Shown here: one piece after another, positions 1 through 10,900 of the stretch
Position numbering within the stretch: the first letter of the stretch is position 1
Layout: the number at the start of each line of letters is the position of its first letter
Source of the DNA: Eledone cirrhosa
Lineage: Eukaryota
Direction: 5' to 3'
DNA length: 64,000 nt
Assembly: GCA_964016885.1 (NCBI GenBank)
Contig: OZ024743.1
Location: 143,344,001 to 143,408,000 of the forward strand
The notes under the pieces: model-generated
The model's input: only the letters and a program-made list of their open reading frames with translations
Database searches by the model: none
Told to the model about the DNA's origin: nothing
Program-made: the position numbers and the translations under genes

Positions 1-1940
1 TGGTGCTTGGTTTTTGGAGCTTAGTTTCTGGTGCTTGGTGTTTGGTGCTTGGTGCTTGGTGTTTGGTGCTTGGTGTTAGGTGTTTGGTGCTTGGTGTTTG
101 ATCCTTGGTGCTTGGTGTTTGGTGTTTGGTGCTTGGTGTTTGGTGTTTGGTGCTTGCTGCTTGGTGTTTGGTGTTTTGGTGTTTTGTGCTAGGTGCTTGG
201 TGTTTGGTACTTGGTGATTGGTGCTTGGTGCTTCGTGTTTTGTGTTTGGTGTTTGGTCTTTGGTGCTTGGTGTTTGGTGCTTGGTGCTTGGTGCTTGGTG
301 TTTGGTGTTTGGTGCTTGGTGCTTGGTGTTTGGTGTTTGTTGTTTGGTGCTTGGTGTCTGGTGCTTGGTGTTTGGTGCTTGGTGTTTGGTGTTCGGTGTT
401 TGGTGCTTATTGCTTGGTGCTTGGTGTTTGGTTTTTGGTGCTTGGTGCTTGGTGGTTGGTGTTTGGTGCTTGCTGCTGGCTGCTTGGTGTTTGGTGCTTG
501 GTGATTGGTGCTTGGTGTTTGGTGCTTGGTGTTTGGTGTTTGGTGCTAGGTGCTTGGTGTTTGGTGCTTGGTGCTTGGTGTTTGGTGTTTGGTGTTTGGT
601 GCTTGGTGCTTGATGTTTGGTGCTTGGTGCTGGGTGGTTGGTGTTTGGTGCTTGGTGTTTGGTGCTGGGTGCTTGGTGTTTGGTGCTTGGTGCTTGGTCT
701 TTGGTGCTTGGTGTTTGGTGTTTGGTGCTTGGTGCTTCGTGTTTGGTGCTTCGTGCTTGGTTTTTGGTGCTTGGTGCTTGGTGCTTAGTGTTTGGTGCTA
801 GGTGCTTGGGGTTTGGTGTTTGGTGCTTGGTGCTTGGTGTTTGGTGTTTGGTGCTTGGTGCTTGGTGTTTGGTGTTTGCTGTTTGCTGTTTGGTGTTTGT
901 TGTTTGGTGTTTGTTGTTTGCTGTTTGGTGTTAGGTGTTTGATGTTTGCTGTTTGGTGTCTGCTTTTTGGTGTTTGGTGTTTGCTGTATGTTGTTTGCTG
1001 TTTGGTGTTTGGTGTTTGGTGCTTGGTGCTTGGTGTTTGGTGCTTGGTGCTTGGTGTTTGGTGCCTGGTGCTTGGTGCTTGGTGTTTGGTGTTTGGTGTT
1101 TGGTGCTTGGAGTTTGGTGTTTGGTGCTTGGTGCTTGGTGTTTTGTGTTTGGTGTTTGGTTTTGGTGCTTGGTGCTTGGTGCTTGGTCCTTGGTGTTTGG
1201 TGCTGGGTGCTTTGTGTTTTGTGCTTGGTGCTTGGTGCTTGGTGTTTGGTGTTTGCTGCTTGGTGTTTGATGCTTGGTGCTTGGTGCTTGGTGTTTTGTG
1301 TTTGGTGCTTGGTGCTTGGTGTTTGGTGCTTGGTGCTTGGTGCTTGGTGTTTGTACTTGGTGCTTGGTGCTTGGTGTTTGGTTCTTGGTGTTTCGTACTT
1401 GGTGCTTGGTGCTTGGTGTTTGGTGCTTGGTGTTTGGTGCTTGGTGCTTGGTGCTTGGTGTTAGGTGTTTGGTGCTTGGTGCTTGGTGTTTGGTGCTTCA
1501 TGCTTGGTGCTTGGTGTTTGGTGCTTGGTTTTTGGAGCTTAGTTTCTGGTGCTTGGTGTTTGGTGCTTGGTGCTTGGTGTTTGGTGCTTGGTGTTAGGTG
1601 TTTGGTGCTTGGTGTTTGATCCTTGGTGCTTGGTGTTTGGTGTTTGGTGCTTGGTGTTTGGTGTTTGGTGCTTGCTGCTTGGTGTTTGGTGTTTTGGTGT
1701 TTTGTGCTAGGTGCTTGGTGTTTGGTACTTGGTGATTGGTGCTTGGTGCTTCGTGTTTTGTGTTTGGTGTTTGGTCTTTGGTGCTTGGTGTTTGGTGCTT
1801 GGTGCTTGGTGCTTGGTGTTTGGTGTTTGGTGCTTGGTGCTTGGTGTTTGGTGTTTGTTGTTTGGTGCTTGGTGTCTGGTGCTTGGTGTTTGGTGCTTGG
1901 TGTTTGGTGTTCGGTGTTTGGTGCTTATTGCTTGGTGCTT
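1..1940 (+). repeat. Short duplication at offset 1,518 (1-~420 versus 1519-~1940)
   Basis: TTGGAGC at 14/1532, ORF pairs 105/1623, 193/1711, 218/1736, shared TTATTGC. 1518 = 217x7-1, accounted for by one 8-mer (168-175) and two 6-mers (1156-1161, 1351-1356). Confidence 0.9.
862..1015 (+). repeat. TTGCTGT-rich island, type A (representative copy)
   Basis: 22 consecutive monomers ending in T, rich in TTGCTGT/TTGTTGT. Signature CTGCTTT-TTGGTGT-TTGGTGT-TTGCTGT-ATGTTGT. Confidence 0.9.
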
Positions 1941-4900
1941 GGTGTTTGGTGCTTGGTGCTTGGTGTTTGGTGCTGGGTGCTTGGTGCTTGGTGTTTGGTG
2001 TTTGGTGCTTGGTGCTTGGTGCTTGGTGATTGGTGTTTGGTGTTATATGCTTGGTGTTTGATGCTTGGTGCTTGGTGTTTGGTCTTTGGTGTTTGATGCT
2101 TGGTGCTTGGTGCTTTGTGTTTGGTGCTTGGTGCTTGGTGTTTGTACTTGGTGCTTGGTGCTTGGTGCTTGGTGTTTGGTGCTTGGTGCCTGGTGCTTGG
2201 TGTTTGGTGCTTGGTGTTTGGTGTTTGGTGTTTGGTGCTTGGTGTTTGGTGTTTGGTGCTTGGTGTTTGGTGCCTGGTGCTTGGTGCTTGGTGTTTGGTG
2301 TTTGGTGCTTGGTGCTTGAAGTTTGGTGTTTGGTGCTTGGTGCTTGGTGCTTGGTCCTTGGTCTTTGGTGCTTGGTGTTTGGTGCTTGGTGTTTGGTGCT
2401 TGGTGCTTGGTGCTTGGTGCTTGGTGTTTGGTGCTTGGTGCTTGGTGTTTGGTGTTTGGTGCTTGGTGTTTGGTGCTTGGTACTTGGTGCTTGGTGCTTG
2501 GTGTTAGATGTTTGGTGCTTGGTGCTTGGTGTCTGGTTTTTGGTGCTTGGTGCTTGGTGTTTGTTGTTTGGTGCTTGCTGCTGGCTGCTTGGTGTTTGGT
2601 GCTTGGTGATTGGTGCTAGGTGTTTGGTGCTAGGAGCTTGGTGTTTGGTGCTTGGTGCTTGGTGTTTGTACTTGGTGCTTGGTGTTTGGTGCTTGGTGCT
2701 TGGTGTTTGGGGTTTGGTGTTTGGTGCTTGGTGTTTGGTGCTTGGTACTTGGTGCTTGGTGCTTGGTGTTAGGTGTTTGGTGCTTGGTGCTTGGTGTTTG
2801 GTTTTTGGTGCTTGGTGTTTGGTGTTTGGTGCTGGCTGCTTGGTGTTTGATGCTTGGTGATTGGTGCTTGGTGTTTGGTGCTTGGTGTTTGGTGTTTGGT
2901 GCTAGGTGCTTGGTGCTTGGTGTTTGGTGCTTAGTGCTTGGTGTTTGGTGCTTGGTGCTTGGTGCTTGGTGCTTGGTGTTTGGTGGTTGGTGTTTGGTGC
3001 TTGGTGTTAGGTGTTTGGTGCTTGGTGGTTGGTGTTTGGTGCTTGGTGTTAGGTGTTTGGTGCTTGGTGCTTGGTGTTTGGTGTTTGGTGCTTGGTGTTT
3101 TGTGTTTGGTGTTTGGTGCTTGGTGCTTGGTGGTTGGTGCTTGCTGCTTGGTGCTTGGTGTTTGGTGGTTGGTGTTTGGTACTTGGTGTTAGGTGTTTGG
3201 TGCTTGGTGTTTGGTCTTTTGGTGTTTTGTGCTAGGTGCTTGGTGTTTGGTACTTGGTGATTGGTGCTTGGTGCTTCGTGTTTTGTGTTTGGTGTTTGGT
3301 CTTTGGTGCTTGGTGTTTGGTGCTTGGTGCTTGGTGCTTGGTGTTTGGTGTTTGGTGCTTGGTGCTTGGTGTTTGGTGTTTGTTGTTTGGTGCTTGGTGT
3401 CTGGTGCTTGGTGTTTGGTGCTTGGTGTTTGGTGTTCGGTGTTTGGTGCTTTTTGCTTGGTGCTTGGTGCTTGGTGTTTGGTGCTTGGTGCTTGGTGTTT
3501 GGTGCTGGGTGCTTGGTGCTTGGTGTTTGGTGTTTGGTGCTTGGTGCTTGGTGATTGGTGTTTGGTGTTATATGCTTGGTGTTTGATGCTTGGTGCTTGG
3601 TGCTTGGTGTTTGGTCTTTGGTGTTTGATGCTTGGTGCTTGGTGCTTGGTGTTTGTTCTTGGTGCTTGGTGTTTGTACTTGGTACTTGGTGCTTGGTGCT
3701 TGGTGTTTGGTGCTTGGTGTTTGGTGCTTGGTGCTTGGTGTTTGGTGGTTGGTGTTTGGTGCTTGGTGTTAGGTGTTTGGTGCTTGGTGCTTGGTGTTTG
3801 GTGTTTGGTGCTTGGTGTTTGGTGTTTGGTGCTTGGTGTTTGGTGCTTGGTACTTGGTGCTTGGTGCTTGGTGTTAGGTGTTTGGTGCTTGGTGCTTGGT
3901 GCTTGGTGTTTGGTGCTTGGTGTTTGGTGCTTGGTGTATGGTGCTTGGTGCTTGGTGCTTGGTGCTTGGTGTTTGGTGGTTGGTGTTTGGTGCTTGGTGT
4001 TAGGTGTTTGGTGCTTGGTGCTTGGTGTTTGGTGTTTGGTGCTTGGTGTTTGGTGTTTGGTGCTTGGTGTTTGGTGCTTTTTGCTTGGTGCTTGGTGTTT
4101 GATGCTTGGTGCTTGGTGTTTGGTGCTGGGTGCTTGGTGCTTGGTGTTTGGTGTTTGGTGCTTGGTGTTTGGTGTTTGGTGTTATATGCTTGGTGTTTGA
4201 TGCTTGGTGCTTGGTGCTTGTTGTTTGGTGTTTGGTGCTTGGTGTTTGATGCTTGGTGCTTGATGCTTGGTGTTTGGTGCTTGGTGCTTGGTGTTTGGTG
4301 CTTGGTGCTTGGTGTTTGGTGCTTGGTGTTTGGTGCTTGGTGCTTGGTGCTTGGTGCTTGGTGCTTGGTGTTTGGTGGTTGGTGCTTGGTGCTTGGTGTT
4401 AGGTGTTTGGTGCTTGGTGCTTGGTGTTTGGTGTTTGGTGCTTGGTGTTTGGTGCTTGGTACTTGGTGCTTGGTGTTCGGTGTTTGGTGCTTGGTGCTTG
4501 GTGTCTGGTTTTTGGTGCTTGGTGCTTGGTGTTTGGTGTTTGGTGCTTGCTGCTGGCTGCTTGGTGTTTGGTGCTTGGTGATTGGTGCTAGGTGTTTGGT
4601 GCTAGGTGCTTGGTGTTTGGTGCTTGGTGCTTGGTGTTTGTACTTGGTGCTTGGTGCTTGGTTCTTGGTGTTTGGTGCTTGGTGCTTGGTGTTTGGTGCT
4701 TGGTGCTTGGTGTTTGGTGTTTGGTGCTTGGTGTTTGGTGCTTGGTGCTTGGTGCTTGGTGTTTGGTGCTTGGTGTTTGGTGCTTGGTGTTAGGTGTTTG
4801 GTGCTTGGTGCTTGGTGTTTGGTGTTTGGTGCTTGGTGTTTGGTGTTTGGTGTTATAAGCTTGGTGTTTGATGCTTGGTGCTTGGTGCTTGGTGTTTGGT

Positions 4901-5419
4901 GCTTGGTATTTGATGCTTGGTGCTTGGTGCTTGGTGTTTGGTGCTTGGTGCTTGGTGTTTGTACTTGGTGCTTGGTGCTTGGTTCTTGGTGTTTGGTGCT
5001 TGGTGCTTGGTGTTTGGTGCTTGGTGCTTGGTATTTGGTGCTTGGTGTTTGGTGCTTGGTGCTTGGTGCTTGGTGTTTGGTGCTTGGTGTTTGGTGCTTG
5101 GTGTTAGGTGTTAGTTGCTTGATGTTTGGTGTTTGGTGCTTGGTGTTTGGTCTTAGGTGTTTGGTGCTTGGTGTTTGGTGTTTGGTGCTTGGTGTTTGGT
5201 GCTTGGTGCTTGGTGTTTGGTGTTTGGTGCTTGGTGTTTGGTGCTTGGTACTTGGTGCTTGGTGTTTGGTGTTAGGTGTTTGGTGCTTGGTGCTTGGTGT
5301 TTGGTTTTTGGTGCTTGGTGTTTGGTGTTTGGTGCTGGCTGCTTCGTGTTTGATGCTTGGTGATTGGTGCTTGGTGTTTGGTGCTTGGTGTTTGGTGTTT
5401 GGTGCTAGGTGATTGGTGC

Positions 5420-8400
5420 TTGGTGTTTGGTGCTTGTTGCTTGGTGCTTGGTGTTTGGTGTTTGCTGCTTGGTGTTTGAGGCTTGGTGCTTGGTGCTTGG
5501 TGTTTTTTTTTGGGTGCTTGGTGTTTGGTGCTTGGTGCTTGGTGCTTGGTGTTTGTACTTGGTGCTTGGTGCTTGGTGTTTGGTTCTTGGTTCTTGGTGT
5601 TTGGTGTCTGGCGTTTGGTGTTTGGTGCTTGGTGCTTGGTGCTTGGTGTTAGGTATTTGGTGCTTGGTGCTTGGTATTTGGTGCTTGGTGTTTGGTGTTT
5701 GGTGTTTGGTGTTTGGTGTTTGCTGTTTGGTGTCTGCTTTTTGGTGTTTAGTGTTTGCTGTATGGTGTTTGCTGTTTCGTGTTTGGTGTTTGCTGTTTGG
5801 TGTTTGGTGTTTGCTGTTTGGTGTTTGGTCTTTGGTGCTTGGTGTTTGGTGCTTGGTGCTTGGTGTTTGGTGTTTGGTGCTTGGTGCTTGGTGTTTGGTG
5901 TTTGCTGCTTGGTGTCTGGTGCTTGGTGTTTGGTGTTTGGTGCTTGATGCTTGGTGTTTGGTGTTTGGTGCTTGGTGTTTGGTGTTTGGTGCTTGTTGCT
6001 TGGTGCTTGATGTTTGGTGCTTGGTGCTTGGTGTTTGGTGTTTGGTGCTTGGTGTTTGATGCTTGGTGCTTGGTGCTTGGTGTTTGGTGCTTGATGTTTG
6101 TACTTGGTGCTTGGTGCTTGGTTCTTGGTGTTTGGTGCTTGGTGTTTGGTGCTTGGTGCTTGGTGTTTGGTGTTTGGTGCTTGGTGCTTGGTGCTTGGTG
6201 CTTGGTGTTTGGTGCTTGGTGTTTGGTGCTTGGTGTTAGGTGTTTGGTGCTTGGTGTTTGGTGCTTGGTGCTTGGTGTTTGGTGCTTGGTGTTTGGTGCT
6301 TGGTGTTAGGTGTTTGGTGCTTGGTGCTTGGTGTTTGGTTTTTGGTGCTTGGTGCTTGGTGTTTGGTGTTTGGTCCTTGCTGCTGGCTGCTTGGTGTTTG
6401 GTTCTTGGTGATTGGTGCTTGGTGTTTGGTGCTTGGTGTTTGGTGTTTGGTGCTAGGTGCTTGGTGTTTGGTGCTTGGTGCTTGGTGTTTGTACTTGGTG
6501 CTTGGTCCTTGGTTCTTGGTGGTTGGTGCTTGGTGCTTGGTGTTTGGTGTTTGGTGCTTGGTGTTTGGTGCTTGGTGTTAGGTGTTTGGTGCTTGGTGCT
6601 TGGTGTTTGGTGCTTGGTGTTTGGTGCTTGGTGCTTGGTCCTTGGTTCTTGGTGTTTGGTGTTTGGTTTTTGGTGCTTGGTGCTTGGTGTTTGGTGTTTG
6701 GTCCTTGCTGCTGGCTGCTTGGTGTTTGGTTCTTGGTGCTTGGTGCTTGGTGTTTGGTGCTTGGTGTTTGGTGCTTGGTGTTTGGTGCTTGGTGTTTGGT
6801 GCTTGGTGCTTGGTGTTTGGTGCTTGGTGCTTGGTGTTTGGTGCCTGGTGCTTGGTGCTTGGTGTTTGGTGTTTGGTGCTTGCTGCTGGCTGCTTGGTGT
6901 TTGGTGCTTGGTGCTTGGTGTTTGGTGCTTGGTGTTTGGTGTTTGGTGCTAGGTGCTTGGTGTTTGGTGCTTGGTGCTTGGTGTTTGGTGTTTGGTGTTT
7001 GGTGCTTGGTGCTTGATATTTGGTGCTTGGTGCTGGGTGGTTGGTGTTTGGTGCTTGGTGTTTGGTGCTGGGTGCTTGGTGTTTGGTGCTTGGTGCTTGG
7101 TCTTTGGTGCTTGGTGTTTGGTGTTTGGTGCTTGGTGCTTGGTGTTTGGTGCTTGGTGCTTGGTGTTTGGTGCTTGGTGCTTGGTGCTTAGTGTTTGGTG
7201 CTAGGTGCTTGGGGTTTGGTGTTTGGTGCTTGGTGCTTGGTGTTTGGTGCTTGGTGCTCGGTGTTTGGTGTTTGGTGCTTGGTGTTTGGTGTTTGCTGTT
7301 TGCTGTTTGGTGTTTGTTGTTTGGTGTTTGTTGTTTGCTGTTTGGTGTTAGGTGTTTGATGTTTGCTGTTTGGTGTCTGCTTTTTGGTGTCTGGTGTTTG
7401 CTGTATGTTGTTTGCTGTTTGGTGTTTGGTGTTTGGTGCTTGGTGCTTGGTGTTTGGTGCTTGGTGCTTGGTGTTTGGTGCCTGGTGCTTGGTGCTTGGT
7501 GTTTGGTGTTTGGTGTTTGGTGCTTGGAGTTTGGTGTTTGGTGCTTGGTGCTTGGTGTTTTGTGCTTGGTGTTTGGTTTTGGTGCTTGGTGCTTGGTGCT
7601 TGGTCCTTGGTGTTTGGTGCTGGGTGCTTTGTGTTTTGTGCTTGGTGCTTGGTGCTTGGTGTTTGATGCTTGGTGCTTGGTGCTTGGTGTTTTGTGTTTG
7701 GTGCTTGGTGCTTGGTGTTTGGTGCTTGGTGCTTGGTGTTTGTACTTGGTGCTTGGTGCTTGGTGTTTGGTTCTTGGTGTTTCGTACTTGGTGCTTGGTG
7801 TTTGGTGTTTGGTGCTTGGTGTTTGGTGCTTGGTGCTTGGTGCTTGGTGTTAGGTGTTTGGTGCTTGGTGCTTGGTGTTTGGTGCTTCATGCTTGGAGCT
7901 TGGTGTTTGGTGCTTGGTTTTTGGAGCTTAGTTTCTGGTGCTTGGTGTTTGGTGCTTGGTGCTTGGTGTTTGGTGCTTGGTGTTAGGTGTTTGGTGCTTG
8001 GTGTTTGATCCTTGGTGCTTGGTGTTTGGTGTTTGGTGCTTGGTGTTTGGTGTTTGGTGCTTGCTGCTTGGTGTTTGGTGTTTGGTGCTTGGTGTTTGGT
8101 GCTTGATGTTTGGTGCTTGGTGCTTGGTGTTTGGTGCTTGGTGCTTGGTGTTTGGTGCCTGGTGCTTGGTGCTTGGTGCTTGGTGTTTTGTACTTGGTGA
8201 TTGGTGCTTGGTGCTTCGTGTTTTGTGTTTGGTGTTTGGTCTTTGGTGCTTGGTGTTTGGTGCTTGGTGCTTGGTGCTTGGTGTTTGGTGTTTGGTGCTT
8301 GGTGCTTGGTGTTTGGTGTTTGTTGTTTGGTGCTTGGTGTCTGGTGCTTGGTGTTTGGTGCTTGGTGTTTGGTGTTCGGTGTTTGGTGCTTTTTGCTTGG

Positions 8401-10900
8401 TGCTTGGTGTTTGGTGCTTGGTGCTTGGTGTTTGGTGTTTGGTGCTTGGTGCTTGGTGTTTGGTGCTTGGTGTTTGGTGTTTGGTGCTTGGTGTCTGGTG
8501 CTTGGTGTTTGGTGTTTGGTGCTTGGTGTTTGGTGTTTGGTGCTTGGTGTTTGGTGTTTGGTGTTTGGTGCTTGGTGCTTGGTGTTTGGTGTTTGGTGCT
8601 TGGTGTCTGGTGCTTGGTGTTTGGTGTTTGGTGCTTGGTGTTTGGTGTTTGGTGTTTTGTGCTTGGTGCTTGGTGCTTGGTGTTTGGTGTTTGGTGTTTG
8701 GTGCTTGGTGCTTGGTGTTTGGTGCTGAGTGGTTGGTGTTTGGTGCTTGGTGTTTGGTGCTGGGTGCTTGGTGTTTGGTGCTGGGTGCTTGGTGTTTGGT
8801 GCTTGGTGCTTGGTCTTTGGTGCTTGGTGTTTGGTGCTTGGTGCTTGGTGCTTGGTGCTTGGTGTTTGGTGCTTGGTGCTTAGTGTTTGGTGCTAGGTGC
8901 TTGGTGTTTGGTGCTTGGTGCTTGGTGCTTGGAGCTTGGTGTTTGGTGTTTGGTGTTTGGTGCTTGGTGCTTGGTGTTTGCTGTTTGCTGTTTGGTGTTT
9001 GTTGTTTGTTGTTTGGTGTTTGCTGTTTGGTGTTTGGTGTTTGCTTTTTGGTGTTTGGTGTTTGCTGTATGTTGTTTGCTGTTTGGTGTTTGGTGTTTGG
9101 TGTTTGGTGTTTGGTACTTGGTGTTTGGTGCTGGGTGCTTGGTGTTTGGTGCCTGGTGCTTGGTGCTTGGTGCTTGGTGTTTGGTGCTTGGTGCTTGGTG
9201 TTTGGTGCTTGGTGCTTGGTGTTTTGTGTTTCGTGTTTGGTTTTTGGTGCTTGGTGCTTGGTGCTTGGTCCTTGGTGTTTGGTGCTGGGTGCTTTGTGTT
9301 TGGTGCTTGTTGCTTGGTGCTTGGTGTTTGGTGTTTGCTGCTTGGTGTTTGAGGCTTGGTGCTTGGTGCTTGGTGTTTTTTTTTGGGTGCTTGGTGTTTG
9401 GTGCTTGGTGCTTGGTGCTTGGTGTTTGTACTTGGTGCTTGGTGCTTGGTGTTTGGTTCTTGGTTCTTGGTGTTTGGTGTCTGGCGTTTGGTGTTTGGTG
9501 CTTGGTGCTTGGTGCTTGGTGTTAGGTATTTGGTGCTTGGTGCTTGGTGTTTGGTGCTTGGTGTTTGGTGTTTGGTGTTTGGTGTTTGGTGTTTGCTGTT
9601 TGGTGTCTGCTTTTTGGTGTTTAGTGTTTGCTGTATGGTGTTTGCTGTTTCGTGTTTGGTGTTTGCTGTTTGGTGTTTGGTGTTTGCTGTTTGGTGTTTG
9701 GTCTTTGGTGCTTGGTGTTTGGTGCTTGGTGCTTGGTGTTTGGTGTTTGGTGCTTGGTGCTTGGTGTTTGGTGTTTGGTGCTTGGTGCTTGGTGTTTGGT
9801 GTTTGGTGTTTGCTGCTTGGTGTCTGGTGCTTGGTGTTTGGTGTTTGGTGCTTGATGCTTGGTGTTTGGTGTTTGGTGCTTGGTGTTTGGTGTTTGGTGC
9901 TTGTTGCTTGGTGCTTGATGTTTGGTGCTTGGTGCTTGGTGTTTCGTGCTGGGTGCTTGGTGCATGGTATTTGGTGTTTGGTGTTTGGTGCTTGGTGTTT
10001 GGTGTTTGGTGTTATATGCTTGGTGTTTGAGTCTTGGTGCTTGGTGCTTGGTGTTTGGTGTTTGGTGCTTGGTGTTTGATGCTTGGTGCTTGGTGCTTGG
10101 TGTTTGGTGCTTGATGTTTGTACTTGGTGCTTGGTGCTTGGTTCTTGGTGTTTGGTGCTTGGTGTTTGGTGCTTGGTGCTTGGTGTTTGGTGTTTGGTGC
10201 TTGGTGCTTGGTGCTTGGTGCTTGGTGTTTGGTGCTTGGTGTTTGGTGCTTGGTGTTAGGTGTTTGGTGCTTGGTGTTTGGTGCTTAGTGCTTGGTGTTT
10301 GGTGCTTGGTGTTTGGTGCTTGGTGTTAGGTGTTTGGTGCTTGGTGCTTGGTGTTTGGTTTTTGGTGCTTGGTGCTTGGTGTTTGGTGTTTGGTCCTTGC
10401 TGCTGGCTGCTTGGTGTTTGGTTCTTGGTGATTGGTGCTTGGTGTTTGGTGCTTGGTGTTTGGTGTTTGGTGCTAGGTGCTTGGTGTTTGGTGCTTGGTG
10501 CTTGGTGTTTGTACTTGGTGCTTGGTCCTTGGTTCTTGGTGGTTGGTGCTTGGTGCTTGGTGTTTGGTGTTTGGTGCTTGGTGTTTGGTGCTTGGTGTTA
10601 GGTGTTTGGTGCTTGGTGCTTGGTGTTTGGTGCTTGGTGTTTGGTGCTTGGTGCTTGGTCCTTGGTTCTTGGTGTTTGGTGTTTGGTTTTTGGTGCTTGG
10701 TGCTTGGTGTTTGGTGTTTGGTCCTTGCTGCTGGCTGCTTGGTGTTTGGTTCTTGGTGCTTGGTGCTTGGTGTTTGGTGCTTGGTGTTTGGTGCTTGGTG
10801 TTTGGTGCTTGGTGTTTGGTGCTTGGTGCTTGGTGTTTGGTGCTTGGTGCTTGGTGTTTGGTGCCTGGTGCTTGGTGCTTGGTGTTTGGTGTTTGGTGCT
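5420..10900 (+). repeat. ~1.5 kb block duplicated at offset 3,873-4,020 (~5420-6880 versus ~9295-10900)
   Basis: ORF pairs 5483/9356, 5755/9628, 6240/10260, 6582/10602. Shared private TTGAGGC and T9 run (5503-5511 and 9376-9384). Confidence 0.9.
5685..5831 (+). repeat. TTGCTGT-rich island, type B (representative copy)
   Basis: 21 consecutive monomers ending in T. Signature CTGCTTT-TTGGTGT-TTAGTGT-TTGCTGT-ATGGTGT-TTGCTGT-TTCGTGT. Confidence 0.9.

Noticed and set aside
5503-5511. T9 run as a terminator or retroelement poly(A) tail
   Set aside because: No hairpin, target-site duplication or element body. It occupies one in-phase monomer and is simply duplicated at 9376-9384.
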